64,000 nucleotides of DNA from an uncultured Acidobacteriota bacterium (GCA_963734095.1 CAVTGK010000055.1:96900-160899), one strand, 5' to 3'. Positions 19,242 through 29,190 are shown, numbered from the stretch's first letter. Made by a program: numbers and translations. Notes: a model not told the origin generated them from the sequence alone.

Positions 19242-19914
19242 TTACCGGACTTCAACGAGTAGCTTCGACGCAGCTCGCATGCCGATCGTGATCCGCTGAT
19301 CGTTCTTGCCCTTCAACCGCACGCTGTCGGACACGTCATCTCGCGCTTCGACCTCGATCGATTGTCCCGGTTTCAGCTCATGGCCTTCGATGAAGCGAAG
19401 AAAGGCCGCGTCCTGATCGGTGACGCGCGTGACGGTGACCGGTGTGTTCAGCGGGCACGTGAGCAGTGTGTCGAGCTGGGCGCGACACCAGCTCGCCTTC
19501 GCGGCTGGGGATTGGGTCGCCATGGGGATCGACTTCGGGGTGGCCCAGCAGCTCGTCGATCCGTTCGATCAGGCGTTCGGACACGACGTGTTCGAGCTGC
19601 TCGGCATCATCGTGCACCTCGTCCCACCGCATGCCGAGAACCTGCACGAGAAAGAGCTCGATCAGGCGATGTCGCCTCAGGACCAACGCCGCGAGGCGAG
19701 AACCCGCGGGCGAGAGCCGGACGCCGTTATAGGGCTCATACTCCACCAGGCCCGACTCCGCGAGCGCTTTGACCATCGTCGTGGCTGTGCCTGGGGCTAC
19801 TCCCAGCGCGGTCGCCAGTTGCCCCATCGGCAGGAGGCGCTGGGAGCGCGTCAGCTGCGCCTCGCCCTGAAAGATCGCCTTCAGGTAGTTCTCGACCGTG
19901 CTCGAGGGCAGCAT
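19242..19914 (-). CDS. DtxR/MntR family metal-dependent repressor with FeoA-like domain (frameshift near 19480)
   Basis: ENYLKAI, helix-turn-helix, RRHRLIELFL, EQLEH and DPHGDPIP; SH3/FeoA part in ORF 19242..19523. Confidence 0.9.
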
Positions 19915-19990
19915 GCTTCAGGGCATCTTACCTTAGCGTTCGGGGGTCACCAGGCCGCCCCGCTGCTCTTAGGTTTGAGGCGGAGCTTCG

Positions 19991-20299
19991 CTACGTTGCC
20001 CAGCGATCGACGATCCACCCGGCGATCGCGCCGAACACGATGCCGGTGATGAGGATGGGCGCGTACGCCGTGGTGATGATCGCGTCGGGCAAGCTCGTGA
20101 GAACGCCCACGAGAATGCCGGACGCAATCGCTGGCAGTGGAAGCGTTACCGTCGCCGCGAAAAAACCAAGAGCGAACCGCGAACAGAAGGCGCCAAGCAA
20201 TGCGGCTCGCTTATCAGGGAAGGCCAGCGGCAGCATCAGAAGCACGTCGACGATCCCAATCACGAGACCGAGCAGCACACCGAGATTAACCCGCGTCAT
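19991..20299 (-). CDS. Small multi-TM hypothetical membrane protein
   Basis: Hydrophobic 102-aa ORF with GGAG RBS. Confidence 0.6.
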   Translation of the reverse strand: MTRVNLGVLLGLVIGIVDVLLMLPLAFPDKRAALLGAFCSRFALGFFAATVTLPLPAIASGILVGVLTSLPDAIITTAYAPILITGIVFGAIAGWIVDRWAT

Positions 20300-20476
20300 G
20301 AGGCACTCCGTGGTTTGCCTTAAGCGCGATTCAAGCGGCGGTTCCCCCACTGCAATGCCGCGAGGCTGGCGACGACGATGAGAAACGGCATCACGGAGGT
20401 TTCCATCGGAATCTTTTGGCGGATTCTACTGTGAAGAAGTCGTTTTTCGGGACCTGACCCGACGCCCCGGCCAAAT

Positions 20477-20520
20477 TTGACGTTTTGAGCGTCCGGGGTA
20501 AGATTTTGACCAGTCAAAAT
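20477..20520 (+). promoter_or_regulatory. Sigma70-like promoter overlapped by palindrome ATTTTGACCAGTCAAAAT
   Basis: TTGACG 20477-82, TAAGAT 20499-504, perfect 8-bp arms at 20503-20520. Confidence 0.7.
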
Positions 20521-20589
20521 TATCCGCGGTTCCGCGGAAGACACTGAAGTCGCAGAAGCTGCCGCACTCTGGCGCCGAGACTAGACATT

Positions 20590-20640
20590 GGCACCGAGAG
20601 CACGTGGGCACCGACGGCACCTGCGGCACCCGAGGCACCT
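20590..20640. repeat. About 9-bp GGCACC-core tandem repeat (reverse form at about 56109-56155)
   Basis: ggcaccgac ggcacctgc ggcacccga ggcacct. Confidence 0.75.
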
Positions 20641-20646
20641 TAAACG

Positions 20647-21694
20647 ATGACACTTTCCCGTCGCTCCTGGCTCCATGCGGCCGGTTTCGGGTCGCTCGTA
20701 ACCGGCCTCACCGCCTGGACCCGGGCGGCCCTCGGCCAACCGGCCGAGATCCCTCATGAGGGGCACCAGGGCCATCACGGTCACCTGCTCGGGACCGTCG
20801 GACGCGTCGCACCGATCGCCGTCGATCCGGTTCGATACCTGCGGAGCTGGAACTTCAACCACCTGCCCCCCGACGAGCGCAGCCGTCTATCGCGAGACCG
20901 CGCGTCCTGATGGGACGATGCTCCGCGAGTATGAGATCTACGCGGTTGATCGAGAGATCGAGATCGCACCCGGCGTAAGGTTTCCCGCCTGGACCTACAA
21001 CGGCCAGGTGCCGGGACCTACGATCCGCGCGACCGAAGGGGATCGCCTCCGGGTTCGCTTCCTCAATCAGGGCACTCACCCGCACACGATTCACTTTCAC
21101 GGCTGGCATCCGCCGGAAATGGACGGCTCGCTGCCCGAGCACGAAGTGCTCCCCGGCGAGTCCTTTACCTACGAGTTCGATGCCGAGCCGGCCGGCCTGC
21201 ACCTGTATCACTGTCACGCGGTGCCGCTGAAGCGGCACATTCACAAGGGCCTGTACGGGACCTTCATCATCGATCCGCGCGGCGGTCGGCCGCCGGCCGA
21301 CGAGCTCGTGATGATGATGAACGGGTTCGACTCCAATTTCGACAACGAGAACGAGGTGTACGCGGTCAACACCGTGGCCCACGCGTACATGGCCCAGCCG
21401 ATCAAGGTAACGGTCGGACGTCTTGTGCGGATCTATCTCGTCAACATCACCGAATTCGATCTCATCAACAGCTTCCACCTGCACGGGATGTTCTTCGACG
21501 CCTATCGCCCGGGCACGCGCACGACCCCGAGTGATCACACCGACACGGTCACGTTGTGCCAGGGTGAGCGCGCGATTCTGGAGACGACGTTCCGCTATCC
21601 CGGGGACTTCATGTTCCACGCGCATCAGAGCGAGTTCGCGGAGCTCGGTTGGATGGGGCTTTTCAGGGCCGAGGGAGTGCGCCGTGAGTCCTGA
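20647..21694 (+). CDS. Tat-exported two-domain multicopper oxidase (frameshift near 20885)
   Basis: SRRSWL Tat motif, His-rich linker, HTIHFHG, YHCH...H, FHLHG and FHAH. Confidence 0.88.
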
Positions 21695-22931
21695 AGCCTC
21701 GAGCGCGGTCGCGACGAGCGTCGCGGGCTCCAGGTCTGGCGTCGGCGTCTGGCTGCTTGCGCTGATTCCGCTGATCTTGCTTGGCGGTCTGCTCGCGCTC
21801 ATTGTCGGAATCGGGCCCGCGAGTCTGCTTCAGAGTTCGGACGCGCCGCCGGTCGAACGCCTTGCCATCACACGCGTCGAGCTCGAGCCCAATCGCATCA
21901 TTCTGACGGTCCTGAACGACGGACCCGACGAGGTCACCATCGCTCAGGCGATTGTGGACGACGCGTTCTGGAGCTTCGAGGCGGAGGGTGGGACGACTCT
22001 GCCGCATCTGGGCAGGACACGCGTCTCGATTCCTTATCCCTGGGTCAGCGGCGAAGCGCACGTGGTGCGCTTGCTCACTTCGACGGGCGCTACGTTCGAC
22101 CGTCAGATCCCTGTCGCTCTGGAAACACCTCGTCCGAACGCGCGGTTCCTTGGTGTCTTCGCGCTGATCGGCCTCTATGTCGGGGTGATTCCTGTCGCGT
22201 TGGGTCTCTTGTGGTATCCGTTGATGCGGCAGATCGGACGCAGTGGACTGCAGTTCCTGATGGCGTTGACGATTGGCCTTCTCGCCTATCTGCTGGTCGA
22301 CTCGGCGCACGATGGACTCGAAGCGGCGGCGATGGTGCCTGGATCGCTTCAGGGGCCGGCCCTGTTCATCTTTGGCGCGATCGGCGCCTACCTCGCGCTC
22401 GACTTCGTTGGTGCCTGGTTGGTGAAACGCCGCGAGCACGTGGGGCTTGTCGCTCGGACGCCGAGCGGCTGGATTCTTGCGCTGTTGATTGCCGTCGGCA
22501 TTGGCCTCCACAACTTTGGCGAGGGGCTCGCCATCGGCTCGGCGTTTTCGCTGGGCGAGATGGCACTTGGCACGCTGCTGATCGTCGGCTTCACGCTCCA
22601 CAACACCACCGAGGGGCTGGCGATTGTGGCGCCGTTGGCGCGTCAGGGTGACGGCCAACGAGTAAGCCTCTGGCAGCTCGCTCAGCTCGGATTGGTGGGC
22701 GGCGTGCCAACCATCCTCGGCGCATGGATCGGGGCCTTCGTCTACTCACCGGTCGTGGCAGTTTTCTTCCTGGCGCTCGGCGTGGGTGGCATCGCGCAGG
22801 TGACGCGCCAGATTCTCGGTCAAACTGCCGCTTCCAGCGGTCTCACCCGCTATCTTCGTGAAGCTCCAGTTGTCGCCGGGCTCACCGCAGGCGTGCTGGT
22901 GATGTACGTCACCGGTCTCATCGTCGGATAG
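21684..22931 (+). CDS. ZIP family metal transporter with N-terminal soluble domain
   Basis: GLHNFGEGLAIG and LHNTTEG motifs. Confidence 0.88.
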   Translation: MSPEASSAVATSVAGSRSGVGVWLLALIPLILLGGLLALIVGIGPASLLQSSDAPPVERLAITRVELEPNRIILTVLNDGPDEVTIAQAIVDDAFWSFEAEGGTTLPHLGRTRVSIPYPWVSGEAHVVRLLTSTGATFDRQIPVALETPRPNARFLGVFALIGLYVGVIPVALGLLWYPLMRQIGRSGLQFLMALTIGLLAYLLVDSAHDGLEAAAMVPGSLQGPALFIFGAIGAYLALDFVGAWLVKRREHVGLVARTPSGWILALLIAVGIGLHNFGEGLAIGSAFSLGEMALGTLLIVGFTLHNTTEGLAIVAPLARQGDGQRVSLWQLAQLGLVGGVPTILGAWIGAFVYSPVVAVFFLALGVGGIAQVTRQILGQTAASSGLTRYLREAPVVAGLTAGVLVMYVTGLIVG

Positions 22932-22960
22932 GTGTCCGTGAAGCGAAAGCGGTAGACGGC

Positions 22961-23323
22961 GTGTGCGGCAAATTAGTGCTGCTAGCGCTGTCGCTTGCCC
23001 TCGCGACTGGCTGCCGCTCTGGATCTCCCCGCGAGGTCGTCGTGATCGCGCGCGGCATGACGTTCGTCCTCGCCGATGAGCCCAATGTCCCGAACCCGGT
23101 GATTGTGTTCAAAGCGGGCGAGCACGTTCGACTCGTTCTGAAGAACGAAGCGCCAGGACTGCTGCACAACTTCCGGATTCCCGCGTGGCTCGTGGAGGTG
23201 ACACAGATTCGCGCCGGTCAGACCGCCGACGTCACATTCACTGTTCCGAGCGAGCCAGGGCGATATGAATACCTGTGTCGTCCACACGCCGAGCTGATGA
23301 AAGGCGTGGTCGAGGTCAGATAA
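22961..23323 (+). CDS. Cupredoxin lipoprotein (type 1 Cu)
   Basis: LATGC lipobox, HNF and YLCRPHAELM. Confidence 0.8.
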   Translation: MCGKLVLLALSLALATGCRSGSPREVVVIARGMTFVLADEPNVPNPVIVFKAGEHVRLVLKNEAPGLLHNFRIPAWLVEVTQIRAGQTADVTFTVPSEPGRYEYLCRPHAELMKGVVEVR

Positions 23324-23343
23324 GATTCGTGACCTGACCCCGA

Positions 23344-24112
23344 ATGTCCAGACTCAACACCGCTTTCGATTCGCACGAGCACAAGCGGCGGTACGTGCGG
23401 TCTCTCTTTGCCACCATCGCGGACCGATACGACTTCATCACGGTCTTCTTGTCGTTCGGTCGCGACAAGTCCTGGAAACGGCGGCTGGTCCGCGAAGCGA
23501 TGCTGGCCGCGGGCGAGCGTGTGGTCGATCTCGCCTGTGGCACAGGTGATATCGCGTTCGAGGCCGCGCGGAGTGGCGGACGAGTGATTGGCCTTGACGT
23601 GACGAAACGCATGATCGAGCTGGCGCGCGCCAAGGCGAGCGATCGACGCAGAAACGGGGACGGTGCCGGTCTGCAATTCATCGTCGCCGACATGATGGCG
23701 TTGCCGCTGGAAACGTCGAGCGTCGACGTCGTCACGACAGGTTACGGTCTGCGCAATGTGCCGGAACTTGCGCCAGCGCTGGACGAGATTGCTCGCGTGC
23801 TGAAACCTGGCGGCCGTCTGTTGTCATTGGACTTCAATCGCCCGACGTCAGCGGCTGGTCCGCCACGTGTTTCTAGCCTACATGACCGCCGTGGGATCGG
23901 CGCTCGGCTGGGTGCTGCATCGCGATCCCGACACCTATCGCTATATTCCAGAGTCGATCAAACGATACCCCGGGGCCGAAGGGATCGCGTCGTTGCTTCG
24001 GGAGCGCGGCTTCGCGCACGTGCGGATCGTCCCGTTGTTCTTTGGGTTCATGACCCTGCACGTGGCGACCGGTTTCCAGCGGGCGGCTGTCTTCACCCCA
24101 GCCAGGGCCTGA
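23344..24112 (+). CDS. menG: UbiE/MenG quinone C-methyltransferase (frameshift near 23855)
   Basis: F..IA.RYD, DLACGTGD, GYGLRNV, RVLKPGG and Y.YIPESI. Confidence 0.75.
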
Positions 24113-24518
24113 TCTCCTCCATCACGCGATCAATCACATCGTCTTCGGTAATGCTCTCGATGGGCACGTGGTCCTTGACGGGTCGCTCGTGACGAACGAC
24201 TCGACTGCCTCTCGTGTAAGTGCTGACGATCATCGGCTGTGGCGGATCCACGCTGGCATCGAGCTCGATCCCAATGGCGTCCCGGTTGCGGTCCGACACG
24301 AGGCTCACGCCGTTCGACGGTGTCTGCACCTCGAACTGGAGATTTTCCGATCGCAACGCGTTGGCAATCTGGCGAAAAACGGGGACTGCAATCCCCATGA
24401 GAAAGAAATCGTACGCGCGCTCGGCTTCGCCGCTGCGCTGACGGCGCTCGGCGGCCGCCTTTCGGGCCGCGTCAATCTCGGTTCGGAGCCGCTTACGAAT
24501 AAGACTGATCTCCGCCAT
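24093..24518 (-). CDS. Hypothetical protein
   Basis: 141-aa ORF directly downstream of the CoA transferase. Confidence 0.6.
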   Translation of the reverse strand: MAEISLIRKRLRTEIDAARKAAAERRQRSGEAERAYDFFLMGIAVPVFRQIANALRSENLQFEVQTPSNGVSLVSDRNRDAIGIELDASVDPPQPMIVSTYTRGSRVVRHERPVKDHVPIESITEDDVIDRVMEEIRPWLG

Positions 24519-24519
24519 C

Positions 24520-25707
24520 TCAAATCACCGCTGTGGCTCGGAGGTTGGCAATCGCGGCGCGATCGTAGCCGAGCTCGGTCAACACTGTCTCGGTGTGTTG
24601 TCCCAGCGTCGGCGGCGCCGTCCGCACGCTGGGAGGCGTACCCGACAGCTTCAGCGGAGAGCCAATCACGCGGGTGCGGCCCACCGTGGGGTGGTCGACC
24701 TCCGCAATCATGTGGCGAGCGACGATTTGCGGATCGGCGAGCACTTCGCTGATCTCTCGAACCGATCCGCACGGGACACCGACTTTTGCCAGTCGTTCGA
24801 CCCACTCGGCGCGCGTGCGGGTCTTCAGCACCCGATCGAATATGGGACGAAGCTCGTCCCGGTTTGCCACCCGATCCTTGTTCGTCCGAAAGCGCGGATC
24901 GTCCGAGAGTCCGTCGAGATCGAGCGCCCCGCACAGGCGCCGCCAGATGTCGTCGTTGCCGCCCGCGATCACGAGGTCGCCATCTGCCGTTTCGAACGAC
25001 TCGTAAGGAGTAATCGTCGGGTGCCGGTTGCCCATTCGTGCCGGCACCTCGCCGCTGACGAAGTAGTTGCCTGCCTGGTAGGTGAGAAGGGCCGCTGTCG
25101 CATCGAGCATGCCGATATCGACACGTTGCCCGCGCCCCGTGGTCGCGCGGGCGACGAGCGCCGCGAGTACACCTTGCGCGGCAAACAGCCCGGAAACGAT
25201 GTCGGTGATGGCGACGCCGAGACGATACGGCGGCCCGTCGCGCTCGCCTGTGATGCTCATCAAGCCGCCTTCGGCCTGCATGACGGCGTCGTAGCCCGGC
25301 TCGTCGCGTCGAGGGCCGGTCTGACCGTACCCCGAAATCGAGCAGTAGATCAGTCGTGAGAAGCGCTGCGTGAGGGCTTCGGCGCCAAGGCCCGCGGCAT
25401 CGAGCGTTCCCGGCCTGAAGTTCTCGACCATCACATCCGCCGTGGCGAACAGACGCTCGAGAACGGCCAGACCCTCGGATTTCTTGAAATCGAGCGTCAC
25501 GCTCTCCTTGTTCCGGTTGATGCTGAGGAAATACGCACTCTCAGTCGCAACAAACGGCGGCCCCCAATGGCGCGTGTCGTCGCCACGCACCGGGTGTTCA
25601 ATCTTGATCACGCGGGCCCCAAGGTCCGCCAGCACCATGGTGCAGTACGGTCCGGAGAGCACGCGCGTGAAGTCGATCACGGTCGTGCCCGACAGCGGTC
25701 CAGGCAT
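24520..25707 (-). CDS. CaiB/BaiF family III CoA transferase
   Basis: GPYC...LADLGA.VIKIE, NRNKES, ENFRPG, GYD..MQA and APPTLGQHT. Confidence 0.93.
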   Translation of the reverse strand: MPGPLSGTTVIDFTRVLSGPYCTMVLADLGARVIKIEHPVRGDDTRHWGPPFVATESAYFLSINRNKESVTLDFKKSEGLAVLERLFATADVMVENFRPGTLDAAGLGAEALTQRFSRLIYCSISGYGQTGPRRDEPGYDAVMQAEGGLMSITGERDGPPYRLGVAITDIVSGLFAAQGVLAALVARATTGRGQRVDIGMLDATAALLTYQAGNYFVSGEVPARMGNRHPTITPYESFETADGDLVIAGGNDDIWRRLCGALDLDGLSDDPRFRTNKDRVANRDELRPIFDRVLKTRTRAEWVERLAKVGVPCGSVREISEVLADPQIVARHMIAEVDHPTVGRTRVIGSPLKLSGTPPSVRTAPPTLGQHTETVLTELGYDRAAIANLRATAVI

Positions 25708-25726
25708 CACGTTATTCTAGTAGTGA

Positions 25727-25960
25727 ATGCCAATCGTCGTTTTCAGCGGCCACGCCTGACGCGCCTGCGACATGGTGAAAGAGTTTCTTTCACGAGCGGG
25801 GAAGAGCTTCACGGTTCGCCTCGTCGACGAAGACGAGAAGGCGTATGACGATCTCATTGCTCTTGGATATCGCACCGTGCCGGTCACGGTGATCGGGGAC
25901 ACGGCGATCAAGGGGTTCGACCCGAAAGCCCTGGCTAAAGCTCTCGAAGCCGTCGACTGA
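25727..25960 (+). CDS. Glutaredoxin/NrdH-like selenoprotein (UxxC), in-frame TGA at 25757-25759
   Basis: ATG CCA ATC GTC GTT TTC AGC GGC CAC GCC TGA CGC GCC TGC gives MPIVVFSGHA-U-RAC, in frame with ORF 25772 (TVPV, GFDP Grx motifs). Confidence 0.8.
25760..25795 (+). promoter_or_regulatory. Candidate bacterial SECIS hairpin
   Basis: GTGAAAGA-GTT-TCTTTCAC stem-loop at 25775-25793 with GU in the loop, about 24 nt after the UGA. Confidence 0.6.
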
Positions 25961-26999
25961 TCCGCGTGAGGTCGCTCACGATGGCGTACGCGGTTTGGGT
26001 GACCGAGCTGGTGCGCTGAACGATGCCAATGTCGCCGAGCAGGTCGGTGTGCAGGTAGAGCGCGTTTTCCGAGGGGCCGAGGGCGGCCAACGGATCGCTG
26101 GCATCGATCAATTCCGGCTCGACGCGTGTTTCGAGCCGTCCACCGTGCCGGGTCGCCGACGCAATCAGACGGATTCGGCGGCCATGGGCAAGAGCCTCCC
26201 GGACTTCACCTTCGTCAATGTCGCGAATGCCGGAACGCGTCACCTGGTGCGGAGTAATCGAGCCGCCCATGAGGACGTTGACGAGCGCCGCCGTCTTGGC
26301 GGCGGCGTCCCAGCCGTCAATGTCGAGCGAGGGATCGGCTTCGGTGATTCCGCGCGCCTGCATGTCGGCGATGGCGGCATCGAGCGGCACGCCACGCTCC
26401 ATTTGCGACAGGATGTACTGGCAGGTGGTATTCACGACCCCGCGGAAGCCATTGACGAACACGGCCGGCATCGTCTCGCGAACGAGGTTGAACACCGGCA
26501 CGCCATCCATCACCGCGCCTTCGAACAAGAAGACGCGATCGACCGACTCCGCCAGGCCTTCGAGCTCGTCGTAGGCAAACGCCACCGGCGCCTTGTTGGT
26601 GGTCACGACGTGCGCCCGGCCTTCGAGCGATGACCGCACGTGCGCCGTGGCAGGCTCGCCGTCGTCGATGTCGAGGACGGTCGTCTCTATCACGGCCAGG
26701 CGACCGTCTGCGGCATCGTCGGCGAGCGCCTCGGTCACCTGGCGAATGACATCGATGCCGCTCCTTTCTCTCGGTGTGTCGTCCAGCCGCGCGAGCGATT
26801 CTCCGTCGTCAATGGCCTGAAGCGCCTCCGCGGGATCGACTCCCTGGGGCTCGACGACGCTTCCATGGCGGCGCGTGGCAATCGCGACGAGCCGCCAGTT
26901 GAAATCGAGCCGGTCGGCTGCTTCGTCGAGCAGCCGCAGAAATCGCCGCCCGACGTTGCCGAACCCGACGAGCGCGAGGGCTATTTCGGGATCGCGCAT
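25935..26999 (-). CDS. hom: Homoserine dehydrogenase (no ACT domain)
   Basis: GFGNVG, VVTTNK, EGAVMDGVP and EADPSLDIDGWDAAAK. Confidence 0.85.
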   Translation of the reverse strand: MRDPEIALALVGFGNVGRRFLRLLDEAADRLDFNWRLVAIATRRHGSVVEPQGVDPAEALQAIDDGESLARLDDTPRERSGIDVIRQVTEALADDAADGRLAVIETTVLDIDDGEPATAHVRSSLEGRAHVVTTNKAPVAFAYDELEGLAESVDRVFLFEGAVMDGVPVFNLVRETMPAVFVNGFRGVVNTTCQYILSQMERGVPLDAAIADMQARGITEADPSLDIDGWDAAAKTAALVNVLMGGSITPHQVTRSGIRDIDEGEVREALAHGRRIRLIASATRHGGRLETRVEPELIDASDPLAALGPSENALYLHTDLLGDIGIVQRTSSVTQTAYAIVSDLTRISRRLREL

Positions 27000-27047
27000 G
27001 GTGCTAGCGGACTGTAACAGCTGATCAGTAGCGACCAGCGCGCCGAA

Positions 27048-27146
27048 CTTCCGCCTGAAGGCGGAAGCCACGCGATATTGTGTTGGGATTCGTGGCTTCC
27101 GGCTTTAGAGCCTGTGAATTGATCCTCGTGGCTTCCGACTTCAGGC
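27048..27146. repeat. REP cluster, homologous to 7974-8076
   Basis: CTTCCGCCTGAAGGCGGAAGCCAC and GTGGCTTCCG..TT.AGAGCCTGTGAATT.ATCCTCGTGGCTTCCG. Confidence 0.85.
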
Positions 27147-27182
27147 TGAGTTAGGCGAGGCGGCACAAGCCGCCTGGTCGCG

Positions 27183-28322
27183 CTACGTAGTCGACACGTG
27201 CGCGGGCAGGGCACTGAGCAACTGGTGCAGCCGCTCGAGTCCCTGTTTCAAGTAGTCCGGCCGCTCGCCAAAACCGAGCCGAAGGTATCCGTCCATGCCA
27301 AAGTGGTCGCCCGGAACGATGAGGACGCTCTTTTCATCCCGCAGCCGCGTGACGAGCTCGGTCGAGTTGATCGGATAGTTGTAGCGGACGTACACAATCG
27401 CCCCCGCTTCAGGGGCCAGCCACGAGAACGTTGGCGCATGGTCGTGGAGCCACGATTCGATGATCGGCAGATTCGATCGCAGGATGCCGCGCGTCCGTTC
27501 GAGGAGGGCGGGCCGACGGGCCGGATCGAGCGCCACTCGAGCCAGTCGATCGCTGAGCGCGCCCGGCGCGATGGTCGTGTAGTCGTGATACGACCATGTC
27601 GAGGCGACGAAGGGCGGTGGTGCGACAATCCAGCCGATGCGAAGCCCGGGCAACCCGTAGGCTTTCGACAGGCCGCTGGTCACGATGACCCGTTCGCCAC
27701 GTCCCCACATCGACGCCGTTTCGTGTCCATCGAGCTCGGCCCCGCGATACACCTCGTCTGACAGCACCCAGGCGCCAACCCGGTCCGCGATGCGCCCAAT
27801 CGCGTCGAGCTCTTCGGGCTTCAACCGGGCGCCAGTGGGATTGTTCGGCGTGCAGATGATGATGAGCCGGGTTCGGTCCGAGACGACTCGCGACAACGCA
27901 TCCAGATCGGGGCGCCATCGCCCAGCCTCGCGGTCTTCAATCAGCGGCCACTCCTTGACCGTGGCCCCGAACGCGCGCACCAGTCCCCACGTCTGCATGT
28001 AGTTGGGCACGAGCATCGCGACCTCGTCGCCAGGCTCGATCAGGCGCCACGACACGATGTAGTTGGCCTCGGACCCGCCATTGGTGACCTCGATGTGGTC
28101 GGCCGTGCTGCCCGGATATTGCTGCGCGATCAGCGACCGCAGTGCCGTGGTCCCGTTCGACTGGGAGTAGACGAGCGGCTGGTCGAGGACGATGCCGAGG
28201 TCGGCGTGCGCCAGGAGCTCGCGGGGGGTCAGCGGATGAACGCCGCTTTCGGACAAGTTGAAGTCCACCAGGTTTTCCCACGTGGACTGCATGCGTTCCA
28301 TCGCGAACTGTTCCAGCTTCAT
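27183..28322 (-). CDS. PLP-dependent aminotransferase class I/II
   Basis: PNNPTG, DEVY and SGLSKAYGLPGLRIGW. Confidence 0.9.
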   Translation of the reverse strand: MKLEQFAMERMQSTWENLVDFNLSESGVHPLTPRELLAHADLGIVLDQPLVYSQSNGTTALRSLIAQQYPGSTADHIEVTNGGSEANYIVSWRLIEPGDEVAMLVPNYMQTWGLVRAFGATVKEWPLIEDREAGRWRPDLDALSRVVSDRTRLIIICTPNNPTGARLKPEELDAIGRIADRVGAWVLSDEVYRGAELDGHETASMWGRGERVIVTSGLSKAYGLPGLRIGWIVAPPPFVASTWSYHDYTTIAPGALSDRLARVALDPARRPALLERTRGILRSNLPIIESWLHDHAPTFSWLAPEAGAIVYVRYNYPINSTELVTRLRDEKSVLIVPGDHFGMDGYLRLGFGERPDYLKQGLERLHQLLSALPAHVSTT

Positions 28323-28356
28323 GGCCGGCAAGTATACTTTCGCCTGACGAGCGCTG

Positions 28357-29154
28357 ATGGCCGACGAACTGGCCCCCCGGTTCATTCGTGTCCCCGCAGG
28401 CGAGTTCGACATGGGATCGGAAGACGGTGACGAGGACGAGCGTCCCGTACACCCGGTCTCCGTCGACGCTGTCTATTTTTCTGTTCACGCGGTTACCCAC
28501 GAGCAGTACGCGGAGTTTGTTCGCGCCACCGGCCACCCGGCTCCCGGCGTCCGTGAGCTGCCGCGGGTAGTCACCGCCGCCGACGAGGCGTCGTTCCGCG
28601 AGCTTGCGGCCGACTACGTCTGGCGTGGCGACGTGCCGCCGGTCGATAAGGCCAATCACCCGGTGACGCTCATCGGATTTGGTGACGCCGTCGCGTACAG
28701 CGCGTGGCTGTCGACGCGGATCGGTCTACCCGTTCGCTTGCCGACCGAGGCGGAATGGGAACGGGCCGCGCGCGGTGGTCTCGAAGGCCGGCGCTATCCA
28801 TGGGGCGATGACATCGACCCTTCGCGCGCGAACTTTCTTGCCGACCCGAGCCTCAAGAAACATGCGAGCACGCGTCCGGTGGGCAGTTACTCGCCCAATG
28901 ACTTCGGGCTGTACGATATGAGCGGTAATGTGTGGGAGTGGGTGTCGGATTGGTATCGCGCCGACGCCTACCGCGACGGGATCATGCGCAACCCTCGAGG
29001 GTTGGCTGAGGCGGCACTTCGTGTGGTGCGCGGCGGGTCTTGGGTAACACATGACGTCGCCCAGCTGCGTTGTGCCCATCGGCACAAGGTGCCGAGCGAC
29101 ACCTACGCCTACAGCATCGGGTTCCGCGTCGCGTACTCGGATGAGGTCGGATAG
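28357..29154 (+). CDS. FGE-sulfatase (SUMF1) domain protein
   Basis: F.MGS, RLPTEAEWE.AARGG, GLYDMSGNVWEW, RGGSW and GFR. Confidence 0.88.
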   Translation: MADELAPRFIRVPAGEFDMGSEDGDEDERPVHPVSVDAVYFSVHAVTHEQYAEFVRATGHPAPGVRELPRVVTAADEASFRELAADYVWRGDVPPVDKANHPVTLIGFGDAVAYSAWLSTRIGLPVRLPTEAEWERAARGGLEGRRYPWGDDIDPSRANFLADPSLKKHASTRPVGSYSPNDFGLYDMSGNVWEWVSDWYRADAYRDGIMRNPRGLAEAALRVVRGGSWVTHDVAQLRCAHRHKVPSDTYAYSIGFRVAYSDEVG

Positions 29155-29190
29155 GTCGGCTGGTCCTTAGACCGGCCACCGGAGGACGCT

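Noticed and set aside
28357-29154. True formylglycine-generating enzyme or EgtB/SenA
   Set aside because: It lacks the catalytic Cys pair after RGGS and has no DinB-like metal-binding domain, so only the fold can be called.
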